From an uncultured Phycisphaerales bacterium (lineage in GTDB: Bacteria > Planctomycetota > Phycisphaerae > Tepidisphaerales > Tepidisphaeraceae): DNA of 64,000 bases. Location: positions 1,216,001 through 1,280,000 of the forward strand of contig CAVWVQ010000003.1 in assembly GCA_963758525.1 (NCBI GenBank), given 5' to 3'. Under the pieces are notes generated by a model. The model searched no databases, was not told the origin of the DNA, and was given only the letters and a program-made list of their open reading frames with translations. The position numbers and the translations under genes are program-made. Positions 54,055-64,000 of this stretch are shown piece by piece. Within the stretch, counting starts at the first letter, position 1, and each line of letters starts with the position of its first letter.

Positions 54055-56960
54055 ATGATCTATCGGATAGAGGTGCGCGGAGAGTCAGTTGCCCAAGGCA
54101 GAAATTCCACCTCTGACCCGCTCGGGGAGACCATTCGCCGGCAAATCGCCGAATTCAGCGATGATCCCGGACCGATTCAGACGCGACGTGTTTTTCTGAT
54201 CGACAGCGACGCCGACGTCAGCGGGATGCGGCGCGTGGCCAATGAACTTCTCGCTGATCCGATCGCTGAGTCAGGCGTGCTCGTCACGACAGCCGCGGCC
54301 CCATCCGCCGGCTCCAGAATAGAAATTCATCTCAAGCCGGGCGTCATGGACCCCGTCGCGGCCTCCACGGAGATGGCCATCCGCGACATGGGGATTCACG
54401 TGACGCAGGTGCGAACGGGGCGCTGCTGCCTCTTTGAGAAACCGATCGATCGGGATCGGCTGGCGCATATCGCCGCCCGCGTTCTGGCCAATGGAGTCAT
54501 CGAATCGGTCCATTTTGAAATGTATCTTCCCGCCGATTTTGCAGGCGGGCATCTCAGTCGATTCCAGTTGCAACACGTTTCGGTCCGCGACCTGACCGAC
54601 GAGCAACTCACTAAACTCAGCCGCGAAGGCCATCTTTTCCTCTCTCTGGCCGAGATGAAGGCAATTCAGTCGTACTACCGCGAACAGAGTCGCGAGCCGA
54701 CGGATGTTGAGTTGGAGACGCTGGCACAAACCTGGAGCGAGCATTGCGTGCATAAGACGCTCAAAAGCGCAGTCGAAGTGGAGGTTCGCAATGCCTCGGG
54801 CAAAGTGGTGGAAACGCGCCGGTATGGAAACCTGATCAAGGAAACGATTTTTGCGAGCACGAAGAAGTTAATGCAGGAGAGGCACGAAGGGGCGGAGGCA
54901 CGGAGGCACGCGGAAGAGAGGCACGAAGGCACGGAGGCACGGAGGCACGAAGGGGCGGAAGAGGGGGAGTTTTGTCTTTCGGTCTTTTCGGATAATGCGG
55001 GGGTGATCGCGTTCGACGAGACGGATGCGGTTTGCTTTAAGGTCGAGACGCATAATCATCCCAGCGCGATCGAGCCGTATGGGGGGAGCGCGACCGGGAT
55101 TGGCGGGGTGATTCGCGATATTCTTGGCACGGGACTTGGCGCTAAGCCGATTGCGAACACCGACGTCTTTTGTGTCGCATCGCACGATTTTGCAAAGCGT
55201 TTGCCGCGTGGCGTGATTCATCCAAAGCGCGTTCTCCAGCAGATCGTCGCGGGGGTGCGCGATTACGGCAATCGAATGGGAATCCCCACCGTCAACGGAG
55301 CGGTTTATTTCGACGACCGCTATCTTGGAAATCCCCTGGTCTTCTGCGGCTGTGTCGGCCTGATCCCGCGCGACAAGATTCACAAGCAGTCCCGGCCGGG
55401 CGATGCCGTGGTTCTGATCGGCGGACGCACCGGGCGGGACGGGATTCATGGCGCCACGTTTTCCAGCGCTGAGTTGACCGACACCCACGCCGATGAGTTT
55501 TCACATGCCGTTCAGATCGGAAACGCGGTCACCGAGAAGAAAGTGGGTGACGTCATTCTCGCAGCGCGCGATCGCGGACTTTTTACCGCGATCACCGACT
55601 GCGGGGCGGGCGGGCTCTCCAGCGCCGTCGGGGAAATGGGGGAAAAGATCGGCGCCAGATTGCGCTGGAGAAGGTCCCGCTGAAATATGCCGGGCTGCGG
55701 CACGATGAAATCTGGATCAGCGAGGCACAGGAGCGCATGGTGCTCTCGGCGCCGAAGGACAAGCTGGAAGAACTGCTGGCGCTGGCGGCGGAGGAAGACG
55801 TTGAGGCGACGGTCATTGGGCATTTCGGAACGGAGAACCGGGAGTTGGTCCTGAACTACCACGATGCTGAGGTTGCCCGCCTCTCCATGGACTTTTTGCA
55901 CAACGGCATTCCGATGCCGACGCGGAAGGCGGTTGTGGAAATGCAGGAACAGGGGGCGGGGGCGGATGTCCCTCGGTCCGGGCACGGGTTGGAAACCCGT
56001 GGTACGGACAGGCTTCTCAAGACGCTGGCGCATCCGAACATTGCCAGCAAGCATTGGGTGATCCGGCAATACGATCACGAGGTGCAGGGTGGCTCGGTGA
56101 TCAAGCCGCTGACGGGGCCGCTGCAAATCGGGCCGTCAGATGCGGCGGTGGTTCGCCCCAAGCTCTCCAGCTATCGCGGCGTGGTAATCGGCTGCGGACT
56201 GTGCCCGCAGATTGCCGACCCCTATGAGATGACACTCGCCGCGATCGACGAAGCGGTGCGAAATATCGTTGCCGTCGGGGCGGACCTGTCGCGCGTCGCG
56301 ATCCTCGACAACTTTTGCTGGCCCAGCGTAGATGACGAAAGAACGATGGGCACGCTGGTGCGTTCCTGCGAAGCCTGCCGCGATGCCGCGCTCGCCTACG
56401 GAATTCCTTTCATCAGCGGCAAGGATTCCCTGCACAATCAATTCACCAATCAGGAAACCGGAGAGGTCATCCGCATCCCGCGCACGCTCCTGATCAGCGC
56501 CATCGGCGTGATCGAAGATGTCCGCCGGTGCATCACGATGGATTTGAAGCAACCCGGCAACCGGATCGCGACCGTCTCGGCCGCGGACGACATGCATGGC
56601 CGCGTCGCGATGCACCGCGCGTTGTCCGCTGCAATTCGCAACGGCCTGATCGTCAGTTGTCACGACAGCAGCGACGGCGGCATTCTCACAGCCGCCGCCG
56701 AGATGTGCATCGCGTCGGGGCTTGGCCTCGATATCAGCTTCGACGACGAAGACGCCGCATTTCGCGAATCAACGGCGACGTATGTCATCGAATACGACCT
56801 GTCACGTCACGATGAACTGGCCGCGTTTCTAGGCGATAAGCTCAAGGATCGTGGAGTCGTCACGGCCGAAGCACGCCTGCAAATGACGTGTGCGGGGCTG
56901 ATTACGGAAATTCCCGTCGCTGATCTGACAGGCGCGTGGCGCGGCACGCTGGATTGGTAA
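54055..56960 (+). CDS. purL: Phosphoribosylformylglycinamidine synthase PurL with PurS-like N-terminus (frameshift at ~55657)
   Basis: [31 protein letters not shown] and DCGAGG. The next frame has SEAQERM, QYDHEV, GKDSL and HDSSDGG. Confidence 0.95.
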
Positions 56961-57103
56961 AGCCGAGGTCCGCGATCCTCTGCTTCGGAGTGATAGGGGC
57001 TGCCCCGATCGGCAAAGCGACTCGGGATGCTAACGAATTTTCGCGGCGCTTGCTCGCTGTATCCTCCTCCATTCTAATGCCCGCTTTGAGCAAGGAGGCT
57101 GCG

Positions 57104-58210
57104 TTGCCGGGCAAGATTCCCCTTTTGCGCGTCTATCAATCCGAAACCATCGAACGCCGCATCATCGAGGTCGTGCGCGGCGGCAACTATATTCTCGGGC
57201 CGGAATCCAAGGCATTTGAAAAGGAACTGGCGGCCTACTTTGGCGTCAAGCATGTCGTCCTCTCCAGCTCCTGGACCGCGGCGGTTCATCTGCTTCATCT
57301 GGCGCAGGGACTCAAGCCGGGTGACGAAATTCTCGTTCCGTCACTAACGGCGTTTCCCAGCATCGAGCCGATGATTCACGCCGGCGGAAAGCCGGTCTTC
57401 TGCGACATTGACGACACGTACACGATCTGCCCCGAGGATGCGAAAAAGAAGATCACCAATCGCACGGTCGGCATCCTCCCGGTGCATCTGTATGGTCGCC
57501 CGGCCAATATCGACGCATTTCAAAAGCTTGCGGCCGACCATGGGTTGTGGGTCATCGAAGATTGCGCCCAATCCCACGGCGCCAAATGGAAAGGCAAGCG
57601 GGCCGGGAGCTACGGGCAGCACGCGGCCTTTTCCTTTTACCCGTCGAAAAATCTGACAGTGTACGGCGATGGCGGCGCGATCGCGACCGGTGATGATGAA
57701 ATCGCCCGCAAGGTCACCATGCTCCGCAACCATGGGCGCAAGGATAAGTACCTTCACGAAAAAGTTGGGTTCAATCTGCGGTTCAATGAAATTCAGGCCG
57801 CGGTGGGCCGCGAGCAGCTCAAGGTGCTGGATGATCTCAACGCCGGCCGGCGCCGGGCGGCGGACTGGTATCGCCGCGAGCTTGCGGGAGTGAAGGGGAT
57901 TGCGCTGCCGCCGGCAGACACAGATGGAACGACCGAGTCGGTTTATCACATGTTCGTGATTCGCCTTGACAGCAATGGCGTTCGCGAAGGACTCGCAAAG
58001 GCGCTGCGGGAACAGGGAATCGAAACCGGCGTTCATTACCCGGTTCCGAATCATCTTCAGCCGGCCATGACCGATTTGTACGGAGCTCTGCCGTCGCTGC
58101 CGAAGACGGAAGATTACGTGAAGAGAATCCTGAGCCTGCCGATGTTCCCGTCGCTGATGGAAGCGGAAGTGAAGACGGTAGCCAGCGCAATCAAAGCGTA
58201 CGTTCAATGA
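57104..58210 (+). CDS. DegT/DnrJ/EryC1/StrS sugar aminotransferase
   Basis: AAGGAGG + TTG 57104; PVHLYG, EDCAQSHG, FSFYPSKN, GDGG and LSLPM. Confidence 0.93.
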   Translation: MPGKIPLLRVYQSETIERRIIEVVRGGNYILGPESKAFEKELAAYFGVKHVVLSSSWTAAVHLLHLAQGLKPGDEILVPSLTAFPSIEPMIHAGGKPVFCDIDDTYTICPEDAKKKITNRTVGILPVHLYGRPANIDAFQKLAADHGLWVIEDCAQSHGAKWKGKRAGSYGQHAAFSFYPSKNLTVYGDGGAIATGDDEIARKVTMLRNHGRKDKYLHEKVGFNLRFNEIQAAVGREQLKVLDDLNAGRRRAADWYRRELAGVKGIALPPADTDGTTESVYHMFVIRLDSNGVREGLAKALREQGIETGVHYPVPNHLQPAMTDLYGALPSLPKTEDYVKRILSLPMFPSLMEAEVKTVASAIKAYVQ

Positions 58211-58237
58211 CAAATGCTTCGTCCATCATGACTGCAA

Positions 58238-58306
58238 GTAGGGCGGGATTCATCCCGCGGTGTTTTGACGGAATGCCGAAGGACGGCGGGATGAATCCCG
58301 CCCTAC
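58238..58306. repeat. GTAG REP doublet (family A)
   Basis: Same arms as the MITE core and the 27.6-28.1 kb array. A variant is at 49477-49555. Confidence 0.9.
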
Positions 58307-58527
58307 TCCCGGCTGAAGTGACAGGTATCATTTTGAGCATCAGAGAGTCTGGAAGCTGTTTAGCCGCGACGCGCAGCGGAGCGCGTCAGAAACCGTTGAA
58401 GCCAACCGGCCGCAGCGACGAATACGCGCTTGGACGCGCTCCCCTTCGGGTCGCGGCTAAACAGTGTGGATGCTGTTAGAAGTTCAGGCCGGTACTGAGC
58501 ATTCGAGGTCCGCATGGAGCGAAAGTA

Positions 58528-59589
58528 ATGTCCAGGCAATGGAAATGTGCGGTCGTCGGCGCGGCAACGGTCGGAAAGACGCACGTGCGCGTCATTCCGC
58601 ATCTCCCAAATGCCACGCTCGCGGCCGTCTGCGACATCGTGCCGGAACGCGCCAAGGCGGCGCTAGAGGCCGCCACTCAGCCCAATGTCCCGATCTATAC
58701 GGACATGGCCGAGATGCTGGCACGCGAGCAGATCGACGTTGTGCATCTCGCGACGCCCAGCGGACTGCATTACGAGGGATGCAAGCTGGCCATGGATCGC
58801 GGCAAGCACGTGATCTGCGAAAAGCCGCTGGAGATCCGCCTCGAGCTGATCGACGAGATGATTGCGATGTCGGCCAAAACCGGACTGCAACTGGCGACGA
58901 TTTTCCAGAATCGTTATTCCGACGCCAACCGCGCCATCAAATGCGCCGCCGACGAGGGACGATTCGGCCGGCTCGCATGGGCGGGCTGCTTCACGCCCTG
59001 GTATCGGCCCGACAAGTATTACACCGACGGCGGATGGCGCGGAACCTGGAAGCTCGACGGTGGCGGCGCGATCATGAACCAATCGATCCACAGCATCGAT
59101 CTGCTTCAATGGATTGCGGGGCCGGTGAAGAGCGTCAGCGCGTACGCTTCGAGCCGGATTCACCCGACGATCGAGACGGAGGATACCGCTTCGTGTTCGC
59201 TTGAATTTGAGAGCGGGGCTTTTGGAACCATCATGGGTACGACGGCGATGTTTCCCGGCCTGCCCGCGCGCCTGGAGATCGGCGGAGAGAACGGCACCGC
59301 AATCCAGGAGAACGGGTTGAAGTTCTTCAAGTTCCGCGACGAGCGCCCCGGCGACGCCGAGCTGCTGGCGCGCTTGGGGCCCACCCCGCCGGCCGGTCCG
59401 AACGTCGCCTCGAATCCTGCCGCAATGGGCAACGATCTGCACGCACGCAATATCTCGGCGATTTTCTCCGCGTGGGACGAAGGGCGCCCAGCCGAAACCG
59501 ACGGGCCCCAGAGCCGCAAGGCGGTGGCGATCATTCATGCGATCTATGAATCCGTCCGCGCTGGAGGCGCTGCGATCAAAGTCAGCTAA
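58528..59589 (+). CDS. Gfo/Idh/MocA oxidoreductase
   Basis: CEKP, WRGTWKLDGGG and NQSIHSID. Confidence 0.9.
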   Translation: MSRQWKCAVVGAATVGKTHVRVIPHLPNATLAAVCDIVPERAKAALEAATQPNVPIYTDMAEMLAREQIDVVHLATPSGLHYEGCKLAMDRGKHVICEKPLEIRLELIDEMIAMSAKTGLQLATIFQNRYSDANRAIKCAADEGRFGRLAWAGCFTPWYRPDKYYTDGGWRGTWKLDGGGAIMNQSIHSIDLLQWIAGPVKSVSAYASSRIHPTIETEDTASCSLEFESGAFGTIMGTTAMFPGLPARLEIGGENGTAIQENGLKFFKFRDERPGDAELLARLGPTPPAGPNVASNPAAMGNDLHARNISAIFSAWDEGRPAETDGPQSRKAVAIIHAIYESVRAGGAAIKVS

Positions 59590-59621
59590 AAACTTTCCCC
59601 CTTGCAACAATACGAGACACG

Positions 59622-60014
59622 ATGGCCGAGCTGTTAGTGATCTACACCGTAATTGCCGTCTTCCGGATGCCTCTCCAGGAGCATTATTATTTCTGGAAGG
59701 TCATCGGCTTTGCCGGCCTCGGCGTGTTCCAGGCGCGCTGGATCGTGCAATGGCTCTACTCCGAGAAGCATCGGGAATCCAAGGTGCCCCCCATTTTCTG
59801 GTGGCTGTCGATTTTCGGCGCGCTGCTGGAAACATGCTACTTTCTGCGTCAGCAGGATTCGGTCGGTATCGCCGGATACTGTGTTTCCGCCGTCCCCTAT
59901 ACGCGAAATCTTATGCTGATTTACGGCAAGAAGTCGCGGGACAAGGCGGGAGGTTTGGAAACGTCCGCCGCCGAAATCGTTCTTCCTCCGGGGCCGACCG
60001 ATACTGCACCCTGA
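59622..60014 (+). CDS. Lipid-A-disaccharide-synthase N-terminal-domain (LAB_N) membrane protein
   Basis: RWIVQWLYSEK..S.VP..FWWLS..G, QQDSV and YTRNL. Confidence 0.85.
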   Translation: MAELLVIYTVIAVFRMPLQEHYYFWKVIGFAGLGVFQARWIVQWLYSEKHRESKVPPIFWWLSIFGALLETCYFLRQQDSVGIAGYCVSAVPYTRNLMLIYGKKSRDKAGGLETSAAEIVLPPGPTDTAP

Positions 60015-60024
60015 ACCACACCCC

Positions 60025-60774
60025 ATGCAACCGATCCTAAGCATCTGCGTGCCCGTCTATGACGAAGAGGAGAACATTCCCCTGCTTCACGAAGCGATCT
60101 GCAAGGCATGCGATCCCCGTCAGATTCCGTTCGAACTCCTGCTTGTCGACGACGGCAGCAAGGACGGCTCCTGGGCGCAGATCGAGAAAGTCGTCGCGCG
60201 CGACCCGCGCGTTCGCGGCCTGAAGTTCAAATTCAACTGCGGCGAAACCGCCGCCAGCGACGCGGGATTGCGTGCCGCCCGCGGCAAATACGTCATGACG
60301 ATGGACGCGGATCTGCAGAACAATCCGGCCGACATTCCCGCATTCATCGAAGCGCTGGAAACGGGCGTCGATTGCGTCTGCGGCACGCGCGTCGCCACGC
60401 GCGGCCAGGGTGACAGCTTCGTCAAGGTCGCCTCCAGTCGCATCGCCAACTGGGTGCGCAACAAACTCAGCGACGAGCAAATCTCCGATGCCGGCTGCAC
60501 CTACCGCGCGTTCAAACGCGAATGCGTCGGGAAGCTCAAGCTCTATCGCGGCCTGCACCGTTTCATCCCCACCCTGCTAAAAATGGAAGGCTTCACCGTC
60601 ACCGAAATCCCCGTGACCAACAATCCCAGACTGCACGGCGAAAGCAAATACGGCGTGTGGAACCGCCTCTTCAAAAGCTTTCGCGATCTCTTGGCCATCC
60701 GCTGGATGAAGAGCCGGCTGCTGGGATATCAGGTGGGGACGGAGTTGGATCGGACAGGGGAAGTTTACATGTGA
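60025..60774 (+). CDS. GT2 polyprenyl-phosphate glycosyltransferase (ArnC/DPM-like)
   Basis: PVYDEEEN, VDDGSKD, MDADLQN, HRFIP and GESKYG. Confidence 0.92.
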   Translation: MQPILSICVPVYDEEENIPLLHEAICKACDPRQIPFELLLVDDGSKDGSWAQIEKVVARDPRVRGLKFKFNCGETAASDAGLRAARGKYVMTMDADLQNNPADIPAFIEALETGVDCVCGTRVATRGQGDSFVKVASSRIANWVRNKLSDEQISDAGCTYRAFKRECVGKLKLYRGLHRFIPTLLKMEGFTVTEIPVTNNPRLHGESKYGVWNRLFKSFRDLLAIRWMKSRLLGYQVGTELDRTGEVYM

Positions 60775-60882
60775 AATAAATGGATTTGGATCGGGCGCGG
60801 GAGAAGCACGAACCGAGCGGTTGCATCTGATGATCGAGCATCATACCATCTCTTTCCCTGTAAATTCAATGTTGAGGAACCC

Positions 60883-61179
60883 GTGATTGATCTCGCAAAC
60901 ATCCGTTCGTTGAGCGATTTTCAGCGAAACACCAAAGAACATCTGAAGCGTCTCAAAAAAACCGGGGAGGCGGAGGTACTCACGGTTAACGGGCAGGCTG
61001 AATTGGTTGTCCAAAGCGCAGAGGCTTATCAAAAGCTGCTGGACGTGGCTGATCTTGCAGATTCGGTGGCGATCTTGAGGAAACGAATCGCCGCGGCGGA
61101 CACCGGCGAGAAAGGAATTGCTGCTGAGACGGTCCTGAAGCAGATCAGGCAACAGCTGCGCCTCGGAGGACTGGGGTGA
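60883..61179 (+). CDS. Phd/YefM antitoxin
   Basis: IRSLSDFQRN and VLTVNGQAELVVQSAEAYQ. Confidence 0.88.
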   Translation: MIDLANIRSLSDFQRNTKEHLKRLKKTGEAEVLTVNGQAELVVQSAEAYQKLLDVADLADSVAILRKRIAAADTGEKGIAAETVLKQIRQQLRLGGLG

Positions 61180-61504
61180 AAACCTATGCGGTAGTGTTCG
61201 ATCCTCGCACCAGGAAGAGGCACTTGAGGCAGCCGAGAATATCGCACGCTCATCTCCATCGGACGCGAAGAAATGGTTCTCCGGATTAGAGCAAATCATC
61301 GAATCACTCCGCACAATGCCTCGGCGATGCAGCCAAGCGCGGGAAAGCAAAACGCTTGGGTTGGACCTCCGGCATTACATCTATCACTCCCATCGGATCA
61401 TCTTTCGCATTGAGGAAGAAGCTCGAATTGTTCGGGTGCTTCATGTACGCCATGCCGCACGGCAGACAGTCGGTGAATCAAAAGCGCAGAGCGCAGACTC
61501 GTGA
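61176..61504 (+). pseudogene. RelE/ParE toxin with a frameshift at ~61208 (may be an assembly error)
   Basis: GTG overlapping the antitoxin stop gives MKTYAVVFDPR. The next frame reads QEEALEAA...SLRTMPRRC...HRIIFRI...VRVLHVRHAAR. Confidence 0.75.
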
Positions 61505-61555
61505 AATAAATTGGGCATTTGATTCGAGAGAGAAACGTTTCGGGAGGATCTGCAT

Positions 61556-64000
61556 CTAAGCGATCTTCTGCTCCGCGGCGGCCGCAGGCACAAGGTGCGC
61601 CTTGAGATACTGCCCCGTATAGCTCTCGGCAACCTGCACGATCCGCTCGGGGGGGCCTTCCGCAACGACTTGCCCGCCGCCGTGGCCGCCCTCCGGGCCC
61701 ATGTCGATGATCCAGTCGGCACATTTGATCACATCCAGATTATGCTCGATCACCAGGATCGTGTTGCCCAGATCGGCGAGGCGATTCAGCACGTTCAGCA
61801 GATTGTGAATGTCGGCAAAGTGCAGCCCCGTGGTGGGTTCGTCCAAAACATAGAGCGTGTGGCCGGTCGGATTTTTCCCCAGCTCGCTGGCCAGCTTCAC
61901 GCGCTGGGCTTCGCCGCCGGAGAGCTGCGTGCTGGGCTGACCCAGTTCGACGTACGAAAGGCCGACGTCGTTGACGGCTTTGAGCATCCGATGAATCTGC
62001 GGGAAGTTTTCGAAGAAGGCCAGCGCCTCCTCCACCGTCATCTTCAACACGTCGGCGACGCTTTTGCCGCGATAGTGAATCTCCAATGTCTCGGCGTTGT
62101 AGCGGGCGCCGTGACACACTTCACACTTCACATAGACGTCGGGCAAAAAGTGCATCTCGATGCACTTGGTGCCCTGGCCCTGACAGGCTTCGCAGCGGCC
62201 GCCTTTCACGTTGAAGCTGAAGCGCCCGGCTTCGTAGCCGCGAATCTTCGCCTCGCGCGTCTTGGCGAAAACCCGCCGGATTTCGTCGAAAACGCCGGTG
62301 TATGTCGCCGGATTGCTTCGCGGCGTGCGGCCGATCGGGCTCTGGTCGATCTCGATCACCTTGTCGATCTTTGCCAGTCCGTTGAGCTGCTTGTGCAGGC
62401 CGGCTTTGACTTTCGAGCCATACAGCTTGCGGCGGATGGCGGGAATCAATGTCTGATTGACCAGCGTGGATTTTCCCGACCCGCTCACGCCCGTGACGCA
62501 GATCAGACCGCCCAGCGGGAACCGCACGTCCACATTCTTGAGGTTGTTCTCACGGCACCCTTTGATCTCCAGCGCGAGCTTGTCCGGATCAACAGGGCGG
62601 CGCGTCGCCGGCGTGACGATGGCGTATTCGCCGGTGAGATATTTGATCGTGATGCTCTGGCGGTTGTTGAATACATCGGGAACCGGGCCGGCGCAGACGA
62701 GCGTCCCGCCATGGGCGCCGGCGCCGGGGCCGATGTCGATCAGATAGTCCGCGGCGCGGATGCAGTCCTCGTCGTGCTCGACCATCAAAACGGTGTTGCC
62801 GATCGACTGCAGGCGCTTGAGTGTCCGGATGAGCCGGGCGTTGTCGCGCTGATGCAGCCCGATCGTGGGCTCGTCGAGCACATAGCAGACACCGACCAGG
62901 CCGCTGCCGACCTGCGTTGCCAGGCGGATGCGCTGCGCCTCTCCGCCGCTGAGCGAGCCGGTTTTGCGGTCGAGGGTCAGGTAGCCGAGTCCGACGTCGA
63001 ACATGAATCCGAGGCGGGCGCCGATCTCGCGGACGATCGGCTCGGCGATCTTGGTGCGCTCTTCGCTGAGCCGGAGGTCCTCGAAGAATTTCCGAGCCTG
63101 TTCGACGGTCATGGTCGAGACATCGTGAATGCTGTAGCCGGGCAGGATCGCTGTCGCTCCGGTGGCAGCAGGAGCGATTTCAGCGACGCCGGAGCTCTGG
63201 TCCTCCGGCGTCGCCAGCACGGGCGGGACGCCCGTGCCACGGGGATCCAAGCGCACGGCGAGCGCCTCCTTTTTCAATCGCGTGCCGCCGCAGACCAGGC
63301 AGGGCTGCTCCGACATGTATTGGTGCATGCGCGCTTTGACGAACTCGCTCTCCGTATTCTCGAATCTCCGCTGCACGTTGGGAACGACGCCTTCGAATTC
63401 CGCGCCGGTTCCCTGATCGCCCTTTGCATCGGTGCCGTACATGAGAACTTGCTGCACCTTGCGCGGAATGTCCTTGTAGGGCATGGCGTAGTCGATGCCA
63501 AAGTCCCGGCAGAACTGGCGCAGCACCCGGCTGTACCAGATATTCATCCGCTTGCCGTTCTTGCGCCAGGCTTCGATCGCGCCGTTCTCGATCGACAGGC
63601 TTTCGTCCGGAACGATCAACTCCGCGTCAAACTTGAAAGTCGTTCCCAGGCCGTGGCATGCAGGACACGCCCCGTGCGGCGAGTTGAAGCTGAAGAGCCG
63701 CGGCTCCAATTCCGGAAGCGAAACGTGCGGATGCAGCGGACATGCGAATTTTTCACTGAAAACCTGATCGCTCCATGAGCCGTCCGGCTGCCCCACCGCC
63801 ACGATCACCAATCCCTGCGCCAGCTTCAGAGCGGTCTCAATCGAGTCGGCCAGCCGGGAGCGAATTTCCGGCTTGAGCACGATGCGATCGACAATCGCCT
63901 CGATGTTGTGAGCGAACGTCTTTTTGAGCTGCGGAGCCGCGGCCGGGGTCGGAAGCTCGGCGATTACGCCATCGACCCTGGCCCGCACGAATCCCTGCTT
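61556..64000 (-). CDS. uvrA: Excinuclease ABC subunit A, 3' part (5' end outside the window)
   Basis: FSFNSPHGAC, LSGGEAQRIRLA, GVSGSGKS, IGRTPRSNPATY and LDEPTTGLH. Confidence 0.98.
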   Translation of the reverse strand, partial: KQGFVRARVDGVIAELPTPAAAPQLKKTFAHNIEAIVDRIVLKPEIRSRLADSIETALKLAQGLVIVAVGQPDGSWSDQVFSEKFACPLHPHVSLPELEPRLFSFNSPHGACPACHGLGTTFKFDAELIVPDESLSIENGAIEAWRKNGKRMNIWYSRVLRQFCRDFGIDYAMPYKDIPRKVQQVLMYGTDAKGDQGTGAEFEGVVPNVQRRFENTESEFVKARMHQYMSEQPCLVCGGTRLKKEALAVRLDPRGTGVPPVLATPEDQSSGVAEIAPAATGATAILPGYSIHDVSTMTVEQARKFFEDLRLSEERTKIAEPIVREIGARLGFMFDVGLGYLTLDRKTGSLSGGEAQRIRLATQVGSGLVGVCYVLDEPTIGLHQRDNARLIRTLKRLQSIGNTVLMVEHDEDCIRAADYLIDIGPGAGAHGGTLVCAGPVPDVFNNRQSITIKYLTGEYAIVTPATRRPVDPDKLALEIKGCRENNLKNVDVRFPLGGLICVTGVSGSGKSTLVNQTLIPAIRRKLYGSKVKAGLHKQLNGLAKIDKVIEIDQSPIGRTPRSNPATYTGVFDEIRRVFAKTREAKIRGYEAGRFSFNVKGGRCEACQGQGTKCIEMHFLPDVYVKCEVCHGARYNAETLEIHYRGKSVADVLKMTVEEALAFFENFPQIHRMLKAVNDVGLSYVELGQPSTQLSGGEAQRVKLASELGKNPTGHTLYVLDEPTTGLHFADIHNLLNVLNRLADLGNTILVIEHNLDVIKCADWIIDMGPEGGHGGGQVVAEGPPERIVQVAESYTGQYLKAHLVPAAAAEQKIA

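Overview
High-GC bacterial chromosomal segment. Gene content (PQQ-like propeller protein, CxxCGYDLRATPDRCPECG zinc-ribbon membrane protein, pilB-pilT-pilB, zinc-ribbon Ser/Thr kinase) suggests a planctomycete, probably Phycisphaerae; this is inference. It is mostly housekeeping genes: type IV pilus ATPases divergent from comEC, hslVU, glpK, emrAB, menG/ubiE, glycogen debranching enzyme, a xylFGH-like ABC transporter, a SWIM-SNF2 helicase, rpoN, an orphan atpD, purL, an envelope amino-sugar/glycosyltransferase cluster and uvrA. About a dozen genes, including atpD and purL, carry 1-2 nt frameshifts that are most likely long-read assembly errors. I found no rRNA, tRNA, CRISPR array, transposase or prophage. 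The most unusual signal is the repeat landscape. (i) Several palindromic or short-tandem-repeat families occur between genes and also sit in frame inside purL (twice), uvrA and menG/ubiE, adding peptide loops. (ii) A 143-bp MITE with terminal inverted repeats, 8-bp target-site duplications and an internal REP doublet is present twice. (iii) A ~212-bp unit carrying a REP doublet is triplicated and has captured a gene end. (iv) All four toxin-antitoxin-like loci have a damaged toxin and an intact antitoxin. I cannot prove a wholly new system; the coding-embedded palindromic elements and the REP-carrying MITE are the best candidates.
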